Assembly: GCA_001643675.2 (NCBI GenBank)
Contig: LSRY02000019.1
Coordinates: forward strand, 1-64,000
Source of the DNA: Monocercomonoides exilis PA203
Taxonomy: Eukaryota; Protista; Preaxostyla
Direction: 5' to 3'
Length of the DNA stretch: 64,000 bases
Every line of letters starts with the position of its first letter. Positions within the stretch are counted from its first letter, which is position 1. The translations under genes were made by a program, and so were the position numbers. Shown here piece after piece: positions 37,912 through 49,425 of this stretch. The notes beneath the pieces were generated by a model that was not told the DNA's origin, did no database searches, and worked only from the letters and a program-made list of their open reading frames with translations.

Positions 37912-40530
37912 ATGTCTTCTTCTTCTCCATCTGATCTTACTTTAGTTGTATTCTCAAATAAGCTGGTTTCTTCTTCTTCTCCTCCTTCTCCTTCCTCTTC
38001 TCCTCCTCCTCCTCTTCTCCTCCTCCTCTTCTCCTCCTCCTTTTATTTTCCTCCTCCTCTTCATTCCAAAGAAGAAAATAATCTTATGTCACAGCATCAG
38101 CAATACGATAACGGTGCAGGCGTCAATCCTTTTTCGTCAAGATTTTCAAATTATCTCTGTCAGATTGTTTGGAAAGACATTCACAGAGATCAACAACGTG
38201 AGATGAGTGCAATACGCGTTGAGAAATTGCTCAGGAGAAATAATGAATGAGAAAGGAAGAGAAAGAGAAAAGAAGAAGAACTCAGAAATCGAGCTACAAC
38301 ACCACGAGGCAGCGAATGAGATGATGGCACTGTTATCGGTACAAAGCGAATGGAAAGAAGGCAGAAGGAGAGAAGATAACAAGGCAATCGAAGTGGCTTC
38401 GTGGAAGCATACACAACAAGAAGTGGAAAAATAGAAACTTGTTTTTTAACTGTGGCTGTCGGGGGATGATGGAGAGGAGAAGCTGAAGACCGAAAAGCAG
38501 CAGATATATGAGAAGAAGGAGATTGATACCAACCTGAAGCATTATATGTGTAAACCTATGTTAATGCACAATATTTTTACACTGACCAAGGCGAAACTTA
38601 CGTTGCATTTGACTCACTTGTTGTCAATGTTGTCGCTAACGATGATATTCTGAGAGGAATAGCGTTGTGAGAAGCATATGAAAAAGCTGGCATGGAACAA
38701 CAAAGAAAAGAGGAGAATGATGATTGAGGAGCACAAACAAGAGATTATGCAGAGAGAGGAGGAGGAGAAAGCAAAGAACGCAGAAAAGCCAAACACTTCA
38801 AGAATTATTATCACAGCTCATCCTTTTGCAGATGTGTCTCAGAAGTCACAAACGGTGAAAGCAGCCCACAAGACATATAAGTGAACCCTGTTTTTCATCC
38901 AACCTCGCTTCCATCCACTTTTTCAATTTACAATATCATCCATGAGCAGCCAAGGCAACCTCTTTCCTTCCAAATGAAAAAAACCAGTTTGGTCAACAAA
39001 ATTCAACTTGTCAATTTTCAAGAGATAATCTCCTGCTTGGACGAGCTTGTGTCTGTTATGAAGCAGTACCTGATACCATTCTTTAAAATTTGTGGAACAG
39101 GAGATGGTAAAGTGGACTGGAGAGTTATTAAAAGTGACAAGGAAGTTGAATAGGTTCAGGAAAGAGCAGACAGAAAAGGAGAAGGCAAAACTTCATGCGG
39201 AGCTGAGGAAGCTGAATGAAGGAGAAAAGACAGGAGAGAAGATAAGTGAGAAGTTGAATTAGAAATCAGAGTTGAGGAGAAACATAGAAGAGAAAAAGAG
39301 GATTTTGAAGAAGGAGAACGAGTAGAGCAAAAAGTTTGTGCAGAACGATAAGCTGCCACAGTTTGTGAGCTCCCCGAACAGTAAAACTTCTCAGGCATAT
39401 CCAATATCTTCTTCTTCTCCTTTTTCTTCTGCAGATGCTTCAAATTTGAGGTCATCAAGAACAAACGTCTTCAAAAGTTTTCTGAAAACATGATTGACTT
39501 TTCGGTTTCCACATAATTCTCATAATGGCTGGATTATAGAGGAGAAATGGCAAAGACAGATGAACAGAAATGTGAAATATGTATGACTGGTTATATAAGC
39601 ATTTTTTTGGAGTTGTTTTGTATGATTTTCGAAATTTTTTATTTTATATATTTGTACTGAAGGGTCAGAATATATTTTTTTTTCTTATTAGTAATTTTGT
39701 GCTTTCATGAAACAACTTAAATATTTGTTGTTTTCACTTTTCTTCTTCTTCTTCTTCTTTCTCATCCATGAATTTTTTTGACTCATTTCAGAATATGCAA
39801 TTTCACTATCTCATCTTCTGAGTGACATCTCAACTATTCAAGCCGCTCTCATCGCGCAAATTCGCTTCCTCTGCCCTGCCAACGAAGATACAATTTCACT
39901 TCCTTCTTTTCTCCAAAAATAGAAAACAATAAAATTTTCAACAAACACTTCTTGGCCTTCTGCCACCAGAACTATTCATTTTCCAGATGCATATGAGCAC
40001 ACCACATTCAACACTTCCTTCTGTGATGATTCATGGAAACCATTGAAGAAGGGATGAAAGAGAGGCAGGGAGAGAAAGCGAGGAAGAAGAAAGGAGGCTT
40101 GAACTACCGTTTTGGCAGGATCTGCACTCAATATCATCGTTATTGATGCTTCTGGAGGTGCATCAAGGAAATTTAGTGGAGCGGCTGGAAAAGAGAGAGA
40201 GAAAGAGAAAACAGAAAAATTAAAGGAAGAGAAGAGGAAGAGAGAAGAGAGAAGAGCAAAAAGATAAGGAATTTTAGGAAATAGCCCAAACGATGGAAAA
40301 GAAAAAGATAAGCAAGGAAAGCCCGAAGAGAAACATGAGAAAGAAGTGAAAGTCTGAAAAGAAGAGAAGGCCAAAGAAGGCACTGAAGAAAAGAAGGAGA
40401 AGAAAAAAAGAGGGTGAGAGATAAAAGAAAAGAAAAAGAAATGCAATCCGAAGGAGAACTTTTTTTTTCTGTTTATGGAGAAAAATTATCTCAAAATGCC
40501 TCGCATTGAAAAGAACAGTTAGCAATTAAT
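37912..40530 (+). pseudogene. Decayed low-complexity, E/K/R-rich coding remnants
   Basis: Short overlapping ORFs in alternating frames with many stops; purine-rich coding-like composition. Confidence 0.4.
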
Positions 40531-41209
40531 TTATAAGATAAAATGAGTCTCAAATTCAATATTGTTTCAATTTTTTTTTTTTTTTTGGACTTAGAAACAC
40601 AGACAGATTATATTTTTAAAAAACATTATTAACATTTTTTAACTGCGAATCGATAATTACTGTGAAAAATAAAATGCCAGTTTTGAAGAAAAGAAAAAAA
40701 TGAAAACGAGAAATATATGGAATTCAATGAAACTTTTATAACAACAATAATATTCGGTTAAATAAGAGAATTATTTAATATTAAACAACTTACACTCAAT
40801 TTATTGCAAAATTTGATACAATATTGGATAGTGTTGTTGCATATTTGAAACAAACAATAAAGTGATTTTGTTTTTCATTTTTGTTCACGACTATACGAAA
40901 CAGTAACATTTGACAAAAATTTTCCAAATTAAAATGATTGCATTTCTATTGGATAGCGCAACATTATCATAATAGATCATAAACATTCATGCAATATGTG
41001 TGAACTGTAAAAGTTATTTTTCATCAAAAAAGACAAATATCAAACAAGTTACGTTTTTAATAATGGTCATCCAATAATAATCATTAAAAAAACTATTTTT
41101 TTTTTTTTAATTGTTGACTTGAAAGTTGATGACTGATATTATTCATGATGCCTGAAAGCATTTTTGATGTTTGAAAACTGTTTTTTCATAATCATAAACT
41201 TACCCCGAA

Positions 41210-41238
41210 AAAAAGTATGATCCCAAAAATAATTACCC
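41210..41238 (-). repeat. Right TIR (29 bp) of the putative 21-kb element
   Basis: aaaaagtatgatcccaaaaataattaccc followed by atat. Confidence 0.8.
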
Positions 41239-41417
41239 ATATATATTTAGCCCCGTGACAATATGCGATGGAAATTGAATAAAAAACAAAAAATGTCGGT
41301 GCATCGAAAAATGTGACAATAAACGAATGTGATCATATTCGATGTGATTATTTCAGGTTAAGACTGTATTCAGAAAAATGAACACGGGTTATTTTTAAAT
41401 TTTTATTTGTTCATATA

Positions 41418-41783
41418 CACCAAAAATAATTCTAATTCGAAAAAAAATAATTCAAATTCGAAAAAGAATAATTCAATTTCGGAATTAATAATTCAAAATC
41501 GAAAATTAATAATTCGAATTCGGAATTAATAATTCAAAATCGAAAATTAATAATTCGAATTCGGAATTAATAATTCAAAATCGAAAATTAATAATTCGAA
41601 TTCGGAATTAATAATTCAAAATCGAAAATTAATAATTCGAATTCGGAATTAATAATTCAAAATCGAAAATTATTAATTCCGAATTCGAATTATTTTTTTT
41701 CGACTTTGAATTATTAATTCCGAAATTGAATTATAAATTCCGATTTTGAATTATTAATTTTCGAATTAGAATTATTTTTGGTG
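41418..41783. mobile_element. Foldback/MITE-like element (366 bp) with TA flanks and modular internal repeats
   Basis: ta|caccaaaaataattctaattcgaaaa ... ttttcgaattagaattatttttggtg|ta. An internal 41-bp unit starts at 41480, 41521, 41562, 41603 and 41644, then the orientation flips at ~41670. Confidence 0.8.
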
Positions 41784-42647
41784 TATCTTTGTAACTTAAT
41801 ATTTCTTTTTTATGCAAAACAATGTGATCTTTTGAGAATCGTTATAATCTTGAAAAAAGTTTATACTTTTTGAAAAGTCGAAACTATTAAATTGTCAGTA
41901 TTTGTTTTTGTTTCACATTTTTTTGATCAATTTTTCTCATAAATTCATGAAATTTTATCTCGGAGTTAATAATTACTCATTGGATTTGTTGATTCGTCTT
42001 TTTAGCTCCATTGTGATAAAATTTTGTGAATGTTTATAAAAACCGTCCAAAAATGTTATTTCATTATAAAAATATATTTTTTATAAAAGAAATGAAAAAT
42101 ATTACATGTTAATTGTGCAGTTGTAACAATTGAAGCTAAATAACCCATGTTTGCGTTTTATTATTGTGAACACAGACTGACTAAAATTTTGATGTGATTT
42201 TCTTTTCTTTTCTTTTCTTTTTTTTTTCTTTTTTTTCTTTCTTTTTTTTTTTGTACAAAGAAAATAAACACTAATAACTATATCAAAGCACAAAAAGTTT
42301 GGAATAAATCGAGGCTTTTTTTCAAAATAGTCATAATAGTATCCCAAATGATAATAATTATTGTTTGATTCCTACGTTGGATCAAAAAAGCTGTTGGAGT
42401 AGCATATAAAGTTTTATAATATAGAACAAATTAAAAAAATCCGATTAACAATTCATAAATATCACTTATAATCAATTAAACATATTTATGAAGTGTCTTT
42501 ATTAAACATTCAAAAATCAAAAATGCAAACCATTTCCATTTTTCTAATTCTTTCGCAGATAAAAAAGTGCAGATATTTGCAGAAACATAATACCAAAATA
42601 AAATTATTTCCTTTTTCTCGTGCATTAGAATATAAAACTCATTTTCA

Positions 42648-45600
42648 TCAAGAAAATATCTGAATTCCATCAATATTTTTCAAGTGAATGCCAGATTTTG
42701 GATGTGTAGAATGAATTTGAGGAGCATCCAAAGGAGTTTTCTCCACTGTTGAACTACTAATAATTGAAGAAATTGAAGTTTTGCGCGTTGAACAATTAAC
42801 CGGGGATGAAACTGAAGAAAAAAGCGACGCTGTTGGAAACAAAGAAGGCTTTGTGGAAGAAAGTTTATCGGTAACTTCACTAGAAGAATGACTGTCCTTT
42901 GGCTGTGGAGAAAGTGGTATCTGCATCAGAAAAGACGAATGAGTTGATGCAGGCCGAACAACTTCAGGTTGGCTGCAAGAAGGAGAAGAAGAGGTCTGCT
43001 TCGGACGAGGACGCGAAAGAAAGTGGGGAGATTGCGGTAATGGAGCTGGGTGCTCTGTTGGAATGCTCGGGGATTCATCGACAGGCTGACGGACAGAGCG
43101 GTCAGCTGGTTTCAAATGGTGAATTTTCGACTTCTTTTGATGAGCTTTTTGGAAAAGTTCGCGCCATTGAGAATGAGAAGATAAAGAAGACGAAAAAGTA
43201 GTTGATTGGTCATTTTGCGTTGTGGAAGAAAACACATTAACAGGAACATTTCCGGTGAAATTGGCTGCATATGTGGAATCCATCTGATTCTGATTCTCAA
43301 GCGAAGAAGGCGAAGGAGAATCGATCAAACACGAAGAAGAATAAGTATTTGATCGCTGCACTTTTTTCACAATGCCTTTCTGTTCCCCAGATCGCAATGG
43401 ATGTTTCTGTTTGATAAAATCTTCATCATAAAATATCGGTCCGCGCTGTGAGACAGGCAAAGCCTCAGAAACATCTGTACTTTCAGATGAAAATTGTGAT
43501 AACGAAGAAGGCAGCAGAGCACTTCGCTCTTCGAAAACAGATGTTCCTAATGCTGGCCGGACAGCTGCTGGTGAGTTGGAATAGTCATCTGTCAGCGGAG
43601 TGGCTGAAGGTGTGGCCGGAGAAGGCTTTACTTTGGAATCAGATGCAACGCTTTCAGAACTAAGTGCAGAAGTTGCTTCGTTAGCGTTAGTCTGCAACAT
43701 GTCTTTTATCAGCAGAGGCGAATTAGAATTTTCAGAATCAGCGCAACAGTTTTGATCCAAGTCGCGATGACTATCTTCATATCTTTCGTCTCCTTCATCC
43801 CCTTCATCTGCATCACCATCACTTTCTAATCCAGCAAATGGATGATCAACCATCGGAAAAGGCTCTTCCTCTCTGCTGATTCCCACAGGCTCCTCTTTCG
43901 ACTCCTCAGACATCGAAGCACTCGAATCTTCATAATACTCTTCTCCATTTTCTGTTTCTTCGTAGTCAGCATTTTCATACCTCTGCCTGTTTATTAGTTC
44001 TTTCATTCTTTCTTCATATGCTGCTTCTTCAAGTGCATCCAATGCTTTCTGCTTTTGGTCAAGTAAATATTGTGCCCGCAACCTTTCAACAGAATTCTTC
44101 ATCCAATCAATCTCCAGTGACTCATCCTCATCCTGTTCATTCTCTGAACCACTCTCAAATTCTTTCTTTTGATCAGAAGATAAAGTTTGCTTATCTTTTT
44201 GTGCAAATATTTCTTTATATCCCTTTTTTGTACTTCTTTTTGCTTGCTCCTGAATTCTGTTTAGCATTTCAGGTGGATAAACTCGCACAACATCCCCAGA
44301 ATCAGCATCAATCAAACCCATTTTTTGTGCATTTGTATCAGACGATGAAGAGCTGCCAACATTTTTGATCAAATGTCTTTGCAATCGATGTGTAGTGATT
44401 GTGGCTGTAGATAAATCAATGCCGCCCAAATTTGCAGAGCTTGATAAATTATTATTGGAATTGTGAGTGTTATTGTGATGATTTGCATTCTTTTGTTCAT
44501 TTTTCTCTTTTTCATCCGTTTTGTTTTCTTGACTGTTGTCAGCCATCTTTTTCTTTTGAATTTCATTAATGTTTTGTACATTGCTTTTCGCTTTGCCTTT
44601 CTCAGAATCTTTTTCTTCGAATTGTGAAACTCCATATTTCATTGATGCATTTTCTTTTTCACTTGTATCATTTAATAGTTCCAATTGTTCATCATCTTCT
44701 TCTTTCACAATCTTCAGCTTTTCTGTTATTCTTGACAGTTTTCCAGATCTTGGCTTTAAATTCATTCTCCCTCCATTTGCTATTAACGATTCATTGCTTA
44801 TGCTTTGCGCTTTGTTTATATCTGGATTTAAAAATTCATTTTCTTCTTCATTATTCTTTTCCAATTCATCATTTCTTTTTTCATTCTCCACAGAATTGTT
44901 CTTAATATTCGCTTTGAGTTCCTTTGTATCTGCCATTTTCTCAATTCTCTTTGCTTTTTCTACTCGTTTGCTTGTCTGCTTTGCCATCTCTTTCAGCTCT
45001 TGCCTTTTTTCGACCACTTCCTCTTTTGCAATTTCGTCCCTTTTCTTCGCTTCGACTTCTCTTTCCTCATTCAAAATCAGCCATTTCTGACGAGGTGTCA
45101 GAAGAGCAAGCTCTTTCTTTGAAAATATTTTCTTCGCAGGAACAGAAAAAGTAAGCGTTGGAGAAATAACAACACGATTATACGAATGACCACACGATAA
45201 ACTTCTCCAAGTCGGTACATTTAACGAAGAAGACAGCTGTGCCTTTTCATTTTCATTATTTCTCTCTCCTTCTTTTAATGAACTATCTCTTTGTCCACCC
45301 TTCCCTATATTCGCCTTTCTTCCTCTGAGTGTGCCTAGTCTTTCTCTCCGAATCTTCTCCTCTGCCTCACGCAGCCGAAGTATCGTCACACGCTGCTCTT
45401 CCATCTTCTGCTCGAAAAGCGCAATCGATCGCTGGAGCTTGTTTTTGGCTGGGACATGTGAAGACGAGTGGATTGGAGACAAATGTGCAGATGGTACAGT
45501 CGAAGAAGAACTTGGCTCGTTTGTTGGAGGAAGATAAAATCTCGAAGTAGTTGCGCTTAATTCATTCATTTTCTTTCTGTATGATATTGGCAGTGTCAAA

Positions 45601-48005
45601 GACGATGCAAGGCAAGAGCTGGCAGACTCTGGGATGCGATGGATTGGGGCGGCTGGATGCAAAGAAAGAGGAGGAAGCACAGACGGTGGAGTTTCAAAGG
45701 GAACGTACATGTCATTCCCTGTTGGCGCCAGCAGAAGTTCTGTGCCAATCAGCTCTTTTTCCTTTTTCATGTTCTGAAAAGCAGTCTGCTGTTTGAGATC
45801 TTTCTCCTTTTTCCGCTTTTCAGCTCCGCTGTATCCCAACGGAGAAGAAGAAGAAGAAGCAGATGCGGGACTTAGATTCGTGGATGGAGAGCTTATTGCA
45901 GCTGCTAAAGATTTTGTTGTGCCTGATAATTTGAGCATCTTTTGTTGCTTTCTTTTCTTTTCCTTCAGATTCTGCTCCCACTGCTTCATAGCCTCTTCTT
46001 CTCCGATGACTATCTCCTTTGGCTTTGCCAATCTGTTTATTCTCTTCTGCAATCTTTTCTCTCTTTTTGCTTTCGCTTTCGCTCTCTTTGCCTCAATAAC
46101 ATCAGCATCGCATATGCAATCTTCAGCCATCGATTTGTTTCCAGATTCCTCTGCATCATCCTCTTCCTCTTCGCTGTCTTCATCCCCTTTGTATCCTCCC
46201 ACAATTCCCGGGATTTTGCCTCTTTCCCTTTGAAACGCCTCGATCTCTTCCTGTTTGATGAACTTCGACTGAATGATTGATCCCCAGCTGAGTTTCTGAA
46301 ATGTTAGCGAGGGTGGAGGAGTGGCCACCCGAAAGAGCTCCATCGGCTGCTGATGCAGAGGAACAGACATCACACTCGCAGAAGTCGGCACATCTGGACA
46401 CGGAAGAGGGAAGCAGCGATATCTCGGCCGCTGTGTGGTTGGAAGAGAGGCTTCGTTTGACTCAGAAGAAGAAGAGGAGGAGGAAGAAGAAGAAGAATTG
46501 TGCTTGCTAGGTGAAGAGGGGAAGTCAGATCCTTCTTCTAGCTCATTAATGTTTGAATTTGATTGAGATTCGTCAGATAAAATTTGTTCGCTATTTTTAA
46601 CAGAATTATTTATAGCAGTTTCGAATTTGTGACCTTCTCTTTCGAGTTTTTCATCCAAAATCTTCTGTCTAATTTCCCTTTCCTTCTTTTTTGTCTCAAA
46701 ATACTTCTTTTCCATTTCCATTTGAGTCTTTTCTTCGTCTTCGCCATCTTTCGCTTTGCTTTTCTTTCTGGCAACATCGCTATCAGATAACAGTTCCTCA
46801 AGACTGTCGATTTCTTCTTCCTTATTCCCCTCCTCTTCCTCCTCCTCGCTCCCTCCTTCCTCTCTCTTCCTCTTCTCCTTCAAGCTCTCTTTTCTGAATA
46901 TCGACTTCGTGTGCAGCTCTTCTGGAAGCGGTGGCATTTCAAGTGGAAAATCACACTCCTTCAAAAATTGAGGGTTGGGCATCCAGCCATTCTTCTGCTC
47001 TTCGTCTATCTCTAACGAGGAGCGAGGAAGGCCGTATGTCACATTCGGATCAGCAAACACATAATACACCCGCTCTTTGTGCTTCCACCCCATCCGCCGC
47101 TGGGTTATCTCTTTCTTGTGCTTGTGATGCGTTCGAGAGCGCTTCGATTTTTTGGTTCTGGTTTTATCACCCTCTTCACTTGCATTGGCTTGCCCTTCAT
47201 CCTTTCCAGCTTCATTGTCGTTCTCATCTTCTTTTTCTTTCTCTTCTTCATCTGATTCTGAAGACGAAGAAGATTCATCATCAACAAAGTACACTCCTTC
47301 TTTCCTCAGCTTCTGTTTCGTCAGCTTTCTTGTCCGAGAATAAGCGTCTGGATCATACAAAGGCAGTCTTTTTGTCATGTCTCGAATGCCTTTTTTCGGA
47401 TGGCGCCGATAAGAAAACATGCCAACACGTGGAGGCGAAAGGTATGTTGACAGCGAACGAGAAGTCACTTCCACACTTTCTCCGTCACAAGACTCTCCTT
47501 CATTCACAGTCGCCCTTTCTGTTTGTATTTGATCCGCTCCTCTGTTTAATTCGCTCTCTTTCCCAGAAAAGCCGAAAGAGCCATTTGCGACAGGAGGGTA
47601 CCGAAACAACGGGGGAATTCTGTTGATCTTCAGTTTTGGTGGACGGAATGAACAGCTACTGTCCTTCATGTTCAGTGATTTGCTGAGCGATGAACCAGAC
47701 AGTGGAGCTGCTTGAAATGAAGTTTGGGGATTCTCCGAATAGAGAAAAGAGGAAACTGAAGGAGAAGAAGGCGAATATGAAGAAGAAAAAAATGCGCGAG
47801 AAGGGGGAAGCTGTTTTTGATTTTTAATGCTTTTTTGGTCTTCGCTTAGAGATCTTTTGGTTGAAGCAAATTGTCTTCCGGTCTCATCCATCTTTTTAAA
47901 GGTTTCTTCCATCGAAGATGTGTTGAACAATTCCAAAGCACCTGCATTCAATGCTTGGATTTCATCTGCGAGTAAAGATTTGTCTAATGATGAAAGCTGT
48001 TTCAT
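42648..48005 (-). CDS. Large low-complexity, charged/Ser-rich hypothetical protein (1785 aa; may have upstream exons)
   Basis: Uninterrupted 5.36-kb ORF with no recognisable domain. Confidence 0.8.
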   Translation of the reverse strand: MKQLSSLDKSLLADEIQALNAGALELFNTSSMEETFKKMDETGRQFASTKRSLSEDQKSIKNQKQLPPSRAFFSSSYSPSSPSVSSFLYSENPQTSFQAAPLSGSSLSKSLNMKDSSCSFRPPKLKINRIPPLFRYPPVANGSFGFSGKESELNRGADQIQTERATVNEGESCDGESVEVTSRSLSTYLSPPRVGMFSYRRHPKKGIRDMTKRLPLYDPDAYSRTRKLTKQKLRKEGVYFVDDESSSSSESDEEEKEKEDENDNEAGKDEGQANASEEGDKTRTKKSKRSRTHHKHKKEITQRRMGWKHKERVYYVFADPNVTYGLPRSSLEIDEEQKNGWMPNPQFLKECDFPLEMPPLPEELHTKSIFRKESLKEKRKREEGGSEEEEEEGNKEEEIDSLEELLSDSDVARKKSKAKDGEDEEKTQMEMEKKYFETKKKEREIRQKILDEKLEREGHKFETAINNSVKNSEQILSDESQSNSNINELEEGSDFPSSPSKHNSSSSSSSSSSSESNEASLPTTQRPRYRCFPLPCPDVPTSASVMSVPLHQQPMELFRVATPPPSLTFQKLSWGSIIQSKFIKQEEIEAFQRERGKIPGIVGGYKGDEDSEEEEDDAEESGNKSMAEDCICDADVIEAKRAKAKAKREKRLQKRINRLAKPKEIVIGEEEAMKQWEQNLKEKKRKQQKMLKLSGTTKSLAAAISSPSTNLSPASASSSSSPLGYSGAEKRKKEKDLKQQTAFQNMKKEKELIGTELLLAPTGNDMYVPFETPPSVLPPLSLHPAAPIHRIPESASSCLASSLTLPISYRKKMNELSATTSRFYLPPTNEPSSSSTVPSAHLSPIHSSSHVPAKNKLQRSIALFEQKMEEQRVTILRLREAEEKIRRERLGTLRGRKANIGKGGQRDSSLKEGERNNENEKAQLSSSLNVPTWRSLSCGHSYNRVVISPTLTFSVPAKKIFSKKELALLTPRQKWLILNEEREVEAKKRDEIAKEEVVEKRQELKEMAKQTSKRVEKAKRIEKMADTKELKANIKNNSVENEKRNDELEKNNEEENEFLNPDINKAQSISNESLIANGGRMNLKPRSGKLSRITEKLKIVKEEDDEQLELLNDTSEKENASMKYGVSQFEEKDSEKGKAKSNVQNINEIQKKKMADNSQENKTDEKEKNEQKNANHHNNTHNSNNNLSSSANLGGIDLSTATITTHRLQRHLIKNVGSSSSSDTNAQKMGLIDADSGDVVRVYPPEMLNRIQEQAKRSTKKGYKEIFAQKDKQTLSSDQKKEFESGSENEQDEDESLEIDWMKNSVERLRAQYLLDQKQKALDALEEAAYEERMKELINRQRYENADYEETENGEEYYEDSSASMSEESKEEPVGISREEEPFPMVDHPFAGLESDGDADEGDEGDERYEDSHRDLDQNCCADSENSNSPLLIKDMLQTNANEATSALSSESVASDSKVKPSPATPSATPLTDDYSNSPAAVRPALGTSVFEERSALLPSSLSQFSSESTDVSEALPVSQRGPIFYDEDFIKQKHPLRSGEQKGIVKKVQRSNTYSSSCLIDSPSPSSLENQNQMDSTYAANFTGNVPVNVFSSTTQNDQSTTFSSSLSSHSQWRELFQKAHQKKSKIHHLKPADRSVRQPVDESPSIPTEHPAPLPQSPHFLSRPRPKQTSSSPSCSQPEVVRPASTHSSFLMQIPLSPQPKDSHSSSEVTDKLSSTKPSLFPTASLFSSVSSPVNCSTRKTSISSIISSSTVEKTPLDAPQIHSTHPKSGIHLKNIDGIQIFS

Positions 48006-48120
48006 AATTATTAAATGGCAAATAAAGAAGATAAAACATTATTTGATAAAACATCTTCAAATATAAAACAGAATAGTTCAATTCCATTCTTGCAAAATTT
48101 ATAATTACTTGCTTTTGTAT

Positions 48121-48973
48121 TTAGTATACCTTTAATGATAATCTAACTTGTCCGTCCTTGCTCAATATTTGAGGTGATACGCTATTTGGTAACCCTTGAA
48201 TGGCATTTTTCGTCTTTGGGGAAGCTTTCGCTTCATCTATTCGTTTCTGGCCAGACGAGGCTATCGAATTTTTTGCATTTTTACCACATATTCTAACACC
48301 AGAAAGATATTCTTGGTCTAAATACTGCAAAGCTTGCTGCTCTGAGTTGATAAGTGTCGACCCCCAATATATCTTTTCCGCTCCAGGTATAAAAGAAGGC
48401 TTTTCAACAGATAGCGACATAACACGAAAGAAATCTGGCAACGGTAAGTAGTTGGGCACATCAAATTGCATTGCATCTAAAAAATCACGCAATTTTCGAG
48501 GAGAGATAATTAATTTGCAAGACTCAAAATTTTTAACATGGTCACAAATGCAAAATCGTCAGATATAAAGAAACAAAAATGTTAAAAGAAAATCAAACAT
48601 TTAGACAATGATTTAAAATGTTCGGTTTATTTAAGTTTAGGCCATCCTCTTCCTCAAAAATTGAAAAAACTCGAACAATTTGTTGAATTTTGTGGATGCT
48701 GAAAGAAAATATTATATACAAATAAATCTATAAAGCAAACTCAAATTTTTTGCCTGATAATAACTGAACTCCAGCTTCAATAGCTTTCATGTTATGCGAT
48801 GAAGTTCTTTTGTTGTTTGTTTGATCATTTAGTCTACGAAAAGCAGGATGAATGAGCAAAAGAGATAGTTGATTATCTGTTAGTGTTGTCTCTTCTTCGT
48901 TGTCGAGAACTTTCCACTCATAAAGCTGACGTTGCGAGATTTGTGTAATCTGATTTTCATATTTAACATGCAT
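48121..48973 (-). CDS. Probable exons of a spliced hypothetical gene, possibly the 5' part of the 42648-48005 gene
   Basis: Protein-like ORFs 48121..48492 and 48728..48973 separated by AT-rich intron-like DNA. I could not resolve the exact splice junctions. Confidence 0.4.
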
Positions 48974-49425
48974 TTAACAGAATATAAGTGAAGTAATATT
49001 TTTCAATAAGCTGAATTTATAACAAACTGAAAGGATACGAAGCAGTTCATTCAGTTTGTGAATTGTTATATGCATTTTTCCAAAAGCAGTTTATTCACAA
49101 ATAAAATATGAAGGTATTTTTTTGATCATTTATTCCTTTGAAATGAGAAGATAAGATATGTTGCTAAATTTAATATCAAGAAATTCATTTGGAATTTCTA
49201 AGAAATGTCCCATATGAAGCATATTAAAAAATGTCGCTTCAACAAGTTGAGGAACAAAGGGAGGAGATGCCCATGCCTTCGCCCACATTTAAAGCGTATC
49301 AACAGCAGACATCGTTTTATTCGCCAAAGTCTGGAAATTAATATTCAATATTCAATATTTACTAATTTTTTCCCCGCCGAATTATTTTTTTGTGTTTTCC
49401 GTAAATTTTTTTATTATAAAGCTTT

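Larger units (their letters stand above)
20163..41238. mobile_element. Putative giant (21,076 bp) cargo-carrying TIR DNA transposon, probably Sola-type
   Basis: 29-bp inverted repeats gggtaatt(c/a)tttttgggatcatacttttt at 20163-20191 and 41210-41238, 1 mismatch. Both are flanked by ATAT (20159-20162, 41239-41242). Subterminal TTTTCGG motifs occur at both ends. The interval encloses a Sola-like transposase. Confidence 0.55.

Noticed and set aside
41480-41670. Regular palindromic repeat array resembling a CRISPR
   Set aside because: Units are contiguous with no unique spacers, there are no cas genes, the context is eukaryotic, and the array is enclosed by TIRs.
42899-48066. Plus-strand ORFs opposite the 1785-aa gene, and minus-strand ORFs within the PUF gene
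   Set aside because: Antisense or alternate-frame shadows of low-complexity coding sequence.
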